DNA of 64,000 bases from an uncultured Sphaerobacteraceae bacterium (lineage in GTDB: Bacteria > Chloroflexota > Chloroflexia > Thermomicrobiales > UBA6265): positions 528-64,527 of the forward strand of contig CAZSUN010000006.1 of NCBI GenBank assembly GCA_964610045.1, in the 5' to 3' direction. The position numbers were made by a program, and so were the translations under genes. The notes under the pieces are model-generated. The model saw only the letters and a program-made list of their open reading frames with translations, was not told the DNA's origin and searched no databases. Positions 9,946 to 18,351 of this stretch are shown in pieces; positions within the stretch are counted from its first letter, which is position 1, and the number at the start of each line of letters is the position of its first letter.

Positions 9946-10552
9946 GGTCCCGGCACAGCCAGCCGACGTCGTAGACGTCAACCGCAATGTCACGGCTGAT
10001 GCTGGCGCCGCGACACAGGCCGAACCGCCAGTGCCGCGTCAGGACCGAGTCAGCCCAGCATCGCCGCCGGTCAATGCGCGGCAGGGGAGTGGCGGATCTC
10101 GTTCTGGCGGCTCTCGATTTCATGCCGGGGAATCAGGATCAAATCGCCAGTCAGGGCCGCAAGAAAGCACACAGGCGGGCAGGGGACAGCAGGGGCGGGG
10201 ACGCCGGCGGACCCAACGGCGAAGCCCGGTCCTTCCGGTTCAGGGTGAGGTCCTCAAACCGAATGCCCCGGTGACGCCGGCAGCAGCACCACCGGCGACG
10301 TACGAACTGGCGGAACACCAGCAGAATGGTGAGCCGGTGTTCGGATGCCCGATGATGACGCGCACCAAACTTGGCCTGCCGTTCACCGGCGGCAATCACG
10401 CACCGCGATGTTCACTTGGATGGGCGATCCACAGCGAAACCGAAGCAGCCTACTGCCTGGAAACCCCGGATCTGGTGCAATGCTGGAAGTCGCACCCCGA
10501 GCGGTTGGACGAGATCCGGGCACGGCTTGCCGAACCGCGCGCGGCGGACTGA
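9890..10552 (+). CDS. hypothetical protein: Arg/Gly/Gln-rich disordered N-terminus plus C-terminal four-Cys module
   Basis: The ATG at 9890 has GAGGAG 8 nt upstream. The first ~150 aa have almost no hydrophobic residues ('RDRRRRNRDR', 'GRGQQGRGRRRTQRR'). The C-terminus has the pattern C-x20-C-x14-C-x8-C. It overlaps the previous gene by 56 nt. Confidence 0.5.
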   Translation: MTRNRGPRDRRRRNRDRPEVPAQPADVVDVNRNVTADAGAATQAEPPVPRQDRVSPASPPVNARQGSGGSRSGGSRFHAGESGSNRQSGPQESTQAGRGQQGRGRRRTQRRSPVLPVQGEVLKPNAPVTPAAAPPATYELAEHQQNGEPVFGCPMMTRTKLGLPFTGGNHAPRCSLGWAIHSETEAAYCLETPDLVQCWKSHPERLDEIRARLAEPRAAD

Positions 10553-10568
10553 TCTTCCCACTCTCGCT

Positions 10569-11006
10569 CTATCGCTCGCCGGAGGTGGGCTGCGGTCGCC
10601 GCCCATCCCACGGGGCGTGCGCGGCGATGTAGGTCTTGACATCGCCCGGTGAATGCTCGCGCAGGTCGAGGACTGGATATCTGGTGTTTCCCGGCAGGTA
10701 GAGATGGAACGTGAACTGGATCGGCTCCACCCGTTCCATTTCAGCCCACCAGTCATAAAGGCTCGGCAGCCAATCGAAATCCGTCGCCCGGATTCGCCAT
10801 AATGCGACACCAGCGCCTCGCTCGTATGCGAGTGCTTCCCCGAAGTACACCGTCGCCGTGCCATTCGCCTCGACAATCGCCTTGACATTGTCATAATGCC
10901 TTGGCGAACCCTTGAGTGTGAACCTGTAACCCACCGGGGCGGGCGGTGGCTTGATCGCCATGGCCTTTTTCAGCCTGGTCTTGCTCTCCCATGGCAACAA
11001 CCGCAT
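10569..11006 (-). CDS. hypothetical protein
   Basis: The ATG at 11006 has GGAGG 9 nt upstream. The composition is globular-looking ('ATVYFGEALAYERGAGVALWRIRATDFDWLPSLYDWWAEMERVEP'). I recognise no family. Confidence 0.5.
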   Translation of the reverse strand: MRLLPWESKTRLKKAMAIKPPPAPVGYRFTLKGSPRHYDNVKAIVEANGTATVYFGEALAYERGAGVALWRIRATDFDWLPSLYDWWAEMERVEPIQFTFHLYLPGNTRYPVLDLREHSPGDVKTYIAAHAPWDGRRPQPTSGER

Positions 11007-11142
11007 CCCTTGATTCCTCCGGTAGCATGGAACCACTGCAACCCGGCGCTCCAGCGTCCACGGGCGGCATCATCTCGTTGGTCAAAGTGTACTCTGAATC
11101 ACCCTTGTGTCCGAAGGGGTACACGTCAGGAGGTTGCGCCAG

Positions 11143-11703
11143 ATGCGTGGACCATCGCGGAATCTGGAAATCAAGGTCTGCGTTGAAACAGCCGAATACG
11201 TGGCAATCGCGTCGCGACTCGACCAACTGGTATGCCAGCCATTGGTGACCATGATCCAGGTGGATCGGTATTACGAGGTCGCGCAGGGGCGGCTGAAGCT
11301 GCGAGAGATCGGCGACTCTGGATCAGGAATTTCTCGTGCCGAACTGATCGCTTATCGCAGACCGATGGAACATGGTTCCCGCTGGAGCGACTACGTGGTC
11401 GCTCCCGTGACGCTATCCAGCATCGAGGCGCTGCGGGAGGCACTCGCGGCGACACATACCGATGCCGGCACGGTGGAAAAGGACCGCACCGTCGGCATCA
11501 TCGGCAACACACGGGTGCATCTGGACACCGTGCATGGGGTGGGGCAATTCGTGGAACTTGAGACCGTGATCGCCGGTCAGTCCGAGGCGGCGGCACGAGC
11601 CGAACACGAACAGGTGATCGCCACGCTCGGGCTCGATACGTCCAGGGCGATTGCTGGATCGTATCAGGACATGATTTGGTCGAACGCGAAACCGGCACCC
11701 TGA
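11143..11703 (+). CDS. CYTH domain protein (class IV adenylate cyclase / triphosphate tunnel metalloenzyme family)
   Basis: N-terminal 'NLEIKV' (ExExK-type), 'RLKLREI' and 'RVHLDTVHGVGQFVELETV' fit the CYTH/CyaB pattern. CAGGAGG lies 9 nt upstream of the ATG at 11143. Confidence 0.75.
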   Translation: MRGPSRNLEIKVCVETAEYVAIASRLDQLVCQPLVTMIQVDRYYEVAQGRLKLREIGDSGSGISRAELIAYRRPMEHGSRWSDYVVAPVTLSSIEALREALAATHTDAGTVEKDRTVGIIGNTRVHLDTVHGVGQFVELETVIAGQSEAAARAEHEQVIATLGLDTSRAIAGSYQDMIWSNAKPAP

Positions 11704-11807
11704 TACATGCGTTCGGACAAGCAAGGCAATACGAAACAACGTGTGGTTGGGATTACACCCTACCGCGCTGTTCGAAACGTTCAAGGCGGTGAGAGGGGCA
11801 ACGAACG

Positions 11808-14800
11808 ATGGGCAGGTCTCGGGTGACTCGCGCGGCGGAAGGCAACGGAACGCGGCGACGTCGTGTCGCAGGATTGTCCAGGTTCCTGGTCATCCTGTTT
11901 GCCATCGTGTCGCTTGCTCCCGCGTTGGCGACCAATGTCTCTGCATCTCCGGAAGCATCGAACAATGGCCTTCCCGTGGCCTCCCAGGATGGAACATCAT
12001 CGCTGGAATTCGACGTGGTTCGCTGTCCCAACGACTACGATCCCAATGATCCTTTCGGTACCTGCACCGCTTTCGGGGTACCGAACGTGCCAGTACAGAT
12101 TACCTCGGTCGATCAGGCGCTGGCAGTCGACCTGACTGCTTCGACACAACAGGTGAGTGGCTCCGGTCCCGGGCGGGTTACATTCCAGGATCTGCCAGCC
12201 GGGGACTACCAGGTGACGGTAGGCTTGCCGCAGGAAGACGGCGTTCGGTACTCGATCTACTGTGGTATCGCGGGTGGCGGCACCCCCCTCCCGCCGACAC
12301 CTGACGATGCCTTGACGACGACTGTCAGTATCCCTGACGCCACGGCAGTTGCCTGCGACCTGTATATCGTCCCAACCGAGGTTCCCCAGTCCTCGATCGA
12401 TCTGTTTGCCTTCACCTGCGACGCCGGCTCGTTGCCGGAGAACGGTGACCGCGCGTTCGTCGATTTCGAAGATGCCTGTCCGACCGTTGCCGTCGCTGTG
12501 GAATTCAGTCTCTCCGAAAGCAACGGAACCAAGACCGTCCAGTCTACCGACGACACCGGCCGTACCCGTTTCGAGTTCGCGGCTGGCGCTTCGGTCAGGT
12601 TCTGGTCGGGAGTTCCGCTAGCGGCCGAAGAGTGGCTCTTCTGCTCGACAGGGCAGGGCGAGCCGCAGGAAATAGAGATCGACGAGCAAGGCGTTTCGAC
12701 CTTCGCCAACGACACCGCGATCGACCAGACATGCTCGTGGTATCTCGTCGAACAGCCAGAGGCGACGGAAGCGCCAACCGAGGAACCGTCTGCCACGGAG
12801 GAACCTGCGGCGACGGATGAGCCCACCGAAGCGCCTGTTGAGGGTGAATCCACGCTCGATCTGTTCGCCTATCTGTGTCCAGCCGGTGCGCTGGGCGATC
12901 CCGATGGCGCCGGATTCGGCGACTTCCAGTCCGCCTGCACCGACGTGTCCCCGGGCATTGAGTTTCACCTGAACACTGGCGACGAGTCACTGGTGCAGGC
13001 GACCGATGGCGATGGCCAGACGTCGTTCACATTCCAGCCAGGCAACCCGGTCGATTTCTACGCTGCCGTTCCGCTTGAGGCTGACGAGTACCTGTTCTGC
13101 AGCATCGACGATGGCGATGCTGCGCTTGTCGACATGGATGAGCAGGGTGTCGCGCATTTCGAAATCGAAACAGCCGTAGCGCGTACCTGTTCCTGGTTCC
13201 TCGTCGAGCAGGCAGCACAACCAACACTGGAGCCCACCGAAGAGCCGACGCTTGAACCCACCGAGCAGCCTGACGACGGCGCCGGACGTCCCGGAGCAGA
13301 ATTCGGCTGGATCACCGTCTCGCCTTCCGTGTGCCCGGTTGACTACACCGACGATCTCGTGTCGGTGGCGTTCGACGATCTCGTTGCGGATTGCGGCCTG
13401 TCTGCGGAGGGCATTTCGTTCACGTTCGGACTACCGGGTGGCGATTCGGTCGTCCGCGTCAGTGACGGATCGACTCCACTGGAGTTCGAGGATCTCAATC
13501 CCGGCACCTACACCCTCTACAGTTCAGTGCCCCTGGAAGCTGCCAGCGAGCGCCTCTTCTGCACGTCGGACGGCGGAAATCGCTACGAGAAGGAGTTCGA
13601 CAGCACGGGAGTGACCACGTTCAGCGATCTCCAAACCGAAACCATCGACTGCCAGTGGTTCGTGATCCCGACCAACCTGCGGGGCGACGAGACCGGCGGT
13701 TCGCTCGAAGTCCATCTCTCGCAATGTCCGGCTGGTTACGACGGCAGCACCCTGTTCGATGATTGTCACGGCAACGGACTCGACGGATACGACTTTACCC
13801 TGGAAGGCGAATCCGGCACGCAGTCCGGTTCGACCGAGGTGACCCAGGTTCCAGGGCCAGGCATCGTCAGTTTCACGAGTCTCACGCCGGATACCTACAC
13901 CTTGCGAGGAGGACCTCCCGGCGACTTCGGTACCGTCAAGCTCTTCTGCACGATCCAGCCCGACGGTAGCACGGCCGATTTCAGCCTTGACGGCGCGACG
14001 GCGACGGTCACCGTCGGCGAAAACCAGCACGTCCTCTGCGACTGGTATTTCATCCCGGATGAGCAGTCAGGGCAAACACCTACACCAACCGAGGAACCGC
14101 AACGTGCGGAAATACTGGTAACCCTCTTTGCCTGCCCCGCAACCACAAACGGCACCTACGGTGGAGCGACGCTGGACACACTTGCTGGCGACTGCACGGA
14201 GAAGGTGAATGACGTAACCTTCCGGCTCGGGCATCCGGACGAGGCTCCTTTGTCGGCAAAGACGGGGAGCTCGGGCGACGGCGCGGTCAGGTTCTACGAC
14301 CTCCTGCCTGGCGACCTGACCATGACGCCGTCCCTTCCGTCCAATCTCACCAGCCTGGCGGTGTTCTGCACGATCGACGATGGCGATCCTTACCAGAAAG
14401 CGCTGTCGAACGGCGGGACAACGTTCGTCGATGTCGATGGCGAGTCGATTGCCTGCAGCTGGTTCGCCGTGAAGGACCGCACCGAACCAGCGCCTTCTCC
14501 CACCGGGTCAATCACCATCCGCGAATACCTGTGCGACAAGGATCGCTCGGAAATCGTTGACTGGGACAAGGAATGCGTGGCCGGCGCCTCGGGAGCGTCG
14601 TTCACTCTGACTTCGGCGGCAACCGGCTCGTCGCAGACGGGAACCCCGAATACTCGTGGTGTGCATGTCTTTTCAGGACTCAGTGACGGCTATTACGCCC
14701 TGGTCCAGAACGAAGGAGCCTGGTGCCGTGCCGTCGCTGACCGCGTCGACGGAAAGAGCAGGGTTATCGTCAATGGCGGCGGCAATACCGATGTCGTGAT

Positions 14801-15044
14801 CTACCAGTGCGGTCCGGTTGAAGGGTTGCCAGTCACGGGAACAGGCACAACGATTCCGAACGATGGCATCGGAACCACCGGTGAGATCGGACGGAATGCT
14901 GCCATCGCCATGGGGATCGCCGCGCTCCCGATTGCGCTGCTGGGCACCTGGCGACGGCGACCTTTCTCTCGTTCCACCGCCGGATTGTCCCACCGGCAGC
15001 AGGGGGCTCAGGATAGTACCAGGATCCACAGGCGGTTCCGCTAG
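11808..15044 (+). CDS. secreted cell-wall-anchored protein: signal peptide, seven four-Cys repeat modules, LPVTG sorting signal
   Basis: The N-terminal signal is 'RFLVILFAIVSLAPALA'. LPVTG (nt 14826-14840) is followed by a hydrophobic stretch 'AAIAMGIAALPIALLG' and a basic tail 'WRRRPFSR..'. Modules contain 'G.V.F.DL.PG.Y.L'-type strands reminiscent of Cna-B/SpaA-like folds. Confidence 0.85.
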   Translation: MGRSRVTRAAEGNGTRRRRVAGLSRFLVILFAIVSLAPALATNVSASPEASNNGLPVASQDGTSSLEFDVVRCPNDYDPNDPFGTCTAFGVPNVPVQITSVDQALAVDLTASTQQVSGSGPGRVTFQDLPAGDYQVTVGLPQEDGVRYSIYCGIAGGGTPLPPTPDDALTTTVSIPDATAVACDLYIVPTEVPQSSIDLFAFTCDAGSLPENGDRAFVDFEDACPTVAVAVEFSLSESNGTKTVQSTDDTGRTRFEFAAGASVRFWSGVPLAAEEWLFCSTGQGEPQEIEIDEQGVSTFANDTAIDQTCSWYLVEQPEATEAPTEEPSATEEPAATDEPTEAPVEGESTLDLFAYLCPAGALGDPDGAGFGDFQSACTDVSPGIEFHLNTGDESLVQATDGDGQTSFTFQPGNPVDFYAAVPLEADEYLFCSIDDGDAALVDMDEQGVAHFEIETAVARTCSWFLVEQAAQPTLEPTEEPTLEPTEQPDDGAGRPGAEFGWITVSPSVCPVDYTDDLVSVAFDDLVADCGLSAEGISFTFGLPGGDSVVRVSDGSTPLEFEDLNPGTYTLYSSVPLEAASERLFCTSDGGNRYEKEFDSTGVTTFSDLQTETIDCQWFVIPTNLRGDETGGSLEVHLSQCPAGYDGSTLFDDCHGNGLDGYDFTLEGESGTQSGSTEVTQVPGPGIVSFTSLTPDTYTLRGGPPGDFGTVKLFCTIQPDGSTADFSLDGATATVTVGENQHVLCDWYFIPDEQSGQTPTPTEEPQRAEILVTLFACPATTNGTYGGATLDTLAGDCTEKVNDVTFRLGHPDEAPLSAKTGSSGDGAVRFYDLLPGDLTMTPSLPSNLTSLAVFCTIDDGDPYQKALSNGGTTFVDVDGESIACSWFAVKDRTEPAPSPTGSITIREYLCDKDRSEIVDWDKECVAGASGASFTLTSAATGSSQTGTPNTRGVHVFSGLSDGYYALVQNEGAWCRAVADRVDGKSRVIVNGGGNTDVVIYQCGPVEGLPVTGTGTTIPNDGIGTTGEIGRNAAIAMGIAALPIALLGTWRRRPFSRSTAGLSHRQQGAQDSTRIHRRFR
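11994..14810 (+). repeat. seven tandem ~100-130-aa protein-domain repeats (C..C..LFC..C-W pattern) with Pro/Thr/Glu linkers
   Basis: Module boundaries read from the sequence: 11994-12374, 12390-12755, 12849-13211, 13302-13670, 13698-14057, 14106-14474, 14508-14810. PTE-rich linkers lie at 12756-12848 and 13212-13301. Modules 2 and 3 are about 45% identical by hand alignment. Confidence 0.8.
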
Positions 15045-15209
15045 CGACTCGTGGTACAGTCGCGAATGGCGTGCTTCCGCCGCAAGGAGTGGCATCCGAT
15101 ACGCAGGCTCGCCACAGGCCCGCACTCGCCTTCGTGACGGATCAATCGCCTGGTATCGAGCGAGCAACATCCGACAGAATCGGTACATCGACACTGCCAG
15201 AGGGAGTTC

Positions 15210-16109
15210 ATGGCCTACCTATCACGCAGACGATTCCTTGGCCTGGTGGCTGGTATCGGCACCGGATTGGGCGTTGCCCGTCAAGCGGGTGCGATCAGCA
15301 CCTCGAACCTTCCCGAGTGGGGCGCGAGTGATGGCGCCACTGATCTCCAGGGCGGTCCGCTTGGACTCAATCTGGCGAGCGATCCCGGCCAGGTTCCGGT
15401 GGCGATCAGGATCCCGGACGCTGACGTTGACGCCGAAGTAGAAAAGCAGCAAATCGTCGACGGCCAGATGCTCGACCCGACCGGACCCTGGGTGGTGGCC
15501 TGGTACGAGCAGAGCGCCCGCGCCGGGGAAATTGGCAACATGCTCGGCTCCGGACACGTCGACTACTGGGGAGTCGGACCGTCCGTGTTCCGGAATGTCG
15601 CAGACCTCACTGAGGGAGCGCCGATCGAAGTCACGGGCAAGGGCGGTACGGTCTACACCTACGAAGTCGAATACGTCCGGCAAATCGAGCTCGCGACCGT
15701 CACCACGGAAGAGTTGAACTCGCCGGAGTTGGTTGGGCAGACCGATTACGCGGCGATCTCACTCATCACCTGCGGCGGAACGTTTGACTACGAGAATGGC
15801 GAGTACCTGTTCCGGGACCTGATCCGCGGGCGGCTCGTGTCTGCCTCCCGGCCGAGTGTGGAAAGTGGCGGCGAACCGGCGAACCAGGGACCGGATACCA
15901 GCGGCCAACAGGCGACGGTCAACACGGACAATGTCAACATGCGGTCCGCACCGTCGACCAGCGCCGAGGTGGTGCAGGTGCTCGCCAGCGGAACCGTCGT
16001 CACCATCACCGGCGATACCCAGGACGCCGATGGCTATACCTGGGCGCCGATCCAGCTTGAGGATTCGACCGCCGGCTGGATCGTAACCGACTTCCTGACA
16101 TCTGCCTGA
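15210..16109 (+). CDS. sortase (class E/F-like) with Tat-type N-terminus and C-terminal SH3b-like domain
   Basis: 'SRRRFLGLVAGIGTGLGVARQAGA' is Tat-like. His is in 'GSGHVDYW', the catalytic 'LITCGG' Cys is at nt 15771-15773, and a downstream Arg is in 'LIRGRLV'. The C-terminal 'VNTDNVNMRSAPSTSAEVVQVLASGTVVTITG...GYTWAPIQ...GWIVTDFL' is SH3_3-like (about 15906-16100). Confidence 0.85.
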   Translation: MAYLSRRRFLGLVAGIGTGLGVARQAGAISTSNLPEWGASDGATDLQGGPLGLNLASDPGQVPVAIRIPDADVDAEVEKQQIVDGQMLDPTGPWVVAWYEQSARAGEIGNMLGSGHVDYWGVGPSVFRNVADLTEGAPIEVTGKGGTVYTYEVEYVRQIELATVTTEELNSPELVGQTDYAAISLITCGGTFDYENGEYLFRDLIRGRLVSASRPSVESGGEPANQGPDTSGQQATVNTDNVNMRSAPSTSAEVVQVLASGTVVTITGDTQDADGYTWAPIQLEDSTAGWIVTDFLTSA

Positions 16110-16194
16110 TCGCGTCCAGTTCATTGACGGCTGGTTGGCTCCCGTGGATAATACCGACTGTTTTGGTCGGCTTTTCCACGGGAGTTCGAATTCC

Positions 16195-17226
16195 ATGGCA
16201 TGTCCTCCATCGCGTTCGCCCCTTTTGTCCATTGCACTCAACCGGCGCGCCGCTCTGGCTGGTGCAGCGATATCCGGTTCAACCTTGCTTGTGCCAGGTC
16301 ACGCGGCGGCGCGCCAGTCCACACCGGAATCGGGCTGGAGCTTCACCGACGACAAGGGTGTGACCGTCTCGCTCGATGCGATGCCGGCACGTGTTGCCGC
16401 CGACGTGAACGCCGCGGCACCCCTTTGGGACTTCGGGGTTCAGGCCCAGGCGGTGTTCGGGTGGAACGCGAGCGAATCCGGCGATTTCGGCGATGGCGGT
16501 GGCAACATCGACCCGGCAATGGTCGAAGTTGTTGGGGACATTTCCGAACCCATCAAGATCGAGCCGCTTGTGGCATTCGATCCTGACGTTGTCATAACCC
16601 TCACGTTCGTCCTCGACGACCCCGACGAGTACTGGAGCATCGACGCGGCGTTGGTCGACCAGGTTCGGGAGATCGCGCCGATCATCGCCATGTCGGGAAC
16701 AGGCAATGCGGCGGTCAATACGGAGCGCTTCGCCGAACTGGCAGCCGCACTCGGCGCTGATCTCGAAACCCCCGAATTGGTTGAGGCGCGGGAATTGTAC
16801 CTGGCAGCCACGGCCAATCTCGAAACCGTCGCGGCGGCATCATCGAACCTGACCATCCTGTTCGCCGGCATCGACGCCGAGGCGATGTATGTGGCCAATC
16901 CTCCCGACTGGCCAGACCTCAGCATGTACATGGAAATGGGCGTGAATGCAGTGATTCCGGATGCAGCGCCCGGCGACTACTGGGAATCGCTCAGCCTCGA
17001 GCAAGGTCTCAAGTACCCGGCCGACATCATCATGACCTCGACCAGGGGGGGATCGTGGCAGTTGGCGGACCTGGTCGACCACCCGGTCTTCAGTGCTCAT
17101 CCTGCCGTGAAGGCGGGTCAGGTGTACCCCTGGAACCAGGACTTCATCCAGAGTTACCAGGGCATGCGTGAAGCGATGGACCATCTCTCGGAGGTCCTCT
17201 CCGGATCCAGCGACATCGTGGAATGA
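16195..17226 (+). CDS. ABC transporter substrate-binding protein (type-II importer, siderophore/haem/B12 class), paralog 1
   Basis: Has a Tat-like 'LNRRAALAGAAISGSTLLVPGHAAA' and sits directly upstream of FecCD permeases. The ATG at 16195 follows GGGAG. The longer track start (16135) is unlikely. Confidence 0.8.
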   Translation: MACPPSRSPLLSIALNRRAALAGAAISGSTLLVPGHAAARQSTPESGWSFTDDKGVTVSLDAMPARVAADVNAAAPLWDFGVQAQAVFGWNASESGDFGDGGGNIDPAMVEVVGDISEPIKIEPLVAFDPDVVITLTFVLDDPDEYWSIDAALVDQVREIAPIIAMSGTGNAAVNTERFAELAAALGADLETPELVEARELYLAATANLETVAAASSNLTILFAGIDAEAMYVANPPDWPDLSMYMEMGVNAVIPDAAPGDYWESLSLEQGLKYPADIIMTSTRGGSWQLADLVDHPVFSAHPAVKAGQVYPWNQDFIQSYQGMREAMDHLSEVLSGSSDIVE

Positions 17227-17287
17227 GTTTTGCTCTCCGGACGTGTCGGATCGCACCCGCCTGCATGCACGAACAGAGGAGTTCGGG

Positions 17288-18298
17288 ATGAGTATTGGCT
17301 CACGAACGGTCAATCGACGTTGCCTGACGTTGGCAGCAGCAGGCGGCCTGCTGCTGGCAGGACGCGGAGCGCCTGGCGCAGCCAGCCAGGAGTCGTCGCC
17401 ATCGGCAGGCTGGAGCTTCACCGACGACCACGGCGTCACCGTGGAGCTTCCGGAGCTGCCCGCAAGAATTCTGGCGGATGTCAACGCGGCTGCTCCGCTC
17501 TGGGACTTCGGGATTCGTCCCCAGGGAGTCTTCGGCTGGAACGTATACGAGGACGGCACCTTCGGGGTTGCCGGCGGCAACGTCGATCCATCCCAGGTCA
17601 CGACCACCGGCAACGTTTCCGAGCCGTTCCAGCTCGAACCCGCGATCGCCTTCGACCCTGACCTGATCGTGACGATCACCTGGGCACCCGACGATCCGCT
17701 GGACTACTGGAGCATCGATGCGGACATCCTGCCCCAGGTGCAGGAGATCGCCCCAATAGCCGCGATCTCGGCGGTGGGCAGGGCAGACGTCAATACCCGC
17801 CGGTTCGCCGAACTCGCGTCGGCTCTGGGCGCCGATCTCACCGCGCCAGAACTCGTGGAAGCCAACTCCCGCTTTGAAACCGCCATCGAGGACCTGGCCG
17901 CCACGGCCTCGACACGCTCCGACCTCTCCGTCCTGTTCTTCTCCGCGGGGGCGGAAGGGTTGGTCGTGGCGAACCCACCCTACTGGGCCGATCTCAACTT
18001 CTACCTGGAGAGTGGGGTCAACGCCATCCTCCCCGATACCGCGCCGGGCACATTCTGGCAGGAGTTGAGCCTGGAACAGGCGCTGACCTATCCATCGGAC
18101 ATCATCATGGCCTCTGAGCGTCCGGGCTCCTTCCAATTGGCGGAATTGCAGGAGAATCCCGTCTACTCGCAGCATCCTGCTGTGAAGGCAGGTCAGGTTT
18201 ATGGGTGGAACCAGGACTTCATCATGAGTTACCAGGGTATGTCCGATGCCATCGAGCACCTGGTCGCGGTGCTCGATGGCGCTCAGAAGGCCACCTGA
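17288..18298 (+). CDS. ABC transporter substrate-binding protein, paralog 2
   Basis: 'VNRRCLTLAAAGGLLLAG' is the signal. It is collinear with paralog 1 ('GWSFTDD.GVTV', 'ADVNAAAPLWDFG', 'HPAVKAGQVY.WNQDFI.SYQGM'). AGAGGA lies upstream of the ATG at 17288. Confidence 0.8.
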   Translation: MSIGSRTVNRRCLTLAAAGGLLLAGRGAPGAASQESSPSAGWSFTDDHGVTVELPELPARILADVNAAAPLWDFGIRPQGVFGWNVYEDGTFGVAGGNVDPSQVTTTGNVSEPFQLEPAIAFDPDLIVTITWAPDDPLDYWSIDADILPQVQEIAPIAAISAVGRADVNTRRFAELASALGADLTAPELVEANSRFETAIEDLAATASTRSDLSVLFFSAGAEGLVVANPPYWADLNFYLESGVNAILPDTAPGTFWQELSLEQALTYPSDIIMASERPGSFQLAELQENPVYSQHPAVKAGQVYGWNQDFIMSYQGMSDAIEHLVAVLDGAQKAT

Positions 18299-18351
18299 CG
18301 CCGTGAGTCCAAACATCCACATCCACCGGCGAAGCGCTCGGCAGGACTGCC

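Noticed and set aside
16141-16181. Nested hairpin (CCCGTGG..CCGAC-TGTTTTG-GTCGG..CCACGGG) between the sortase and the first SBP gene; also a search for IdeR/DtxR or Fur boxes, or a B12 riboswitch, upstream of the importer.
   Set aside because: The hairpin is weak and partly overlaps the SD. No sequence resembles TTAGGTTAGCCTAACCTAA or a Fur box, and the 85-nt gap is too short for a cobalamin riboswitch.
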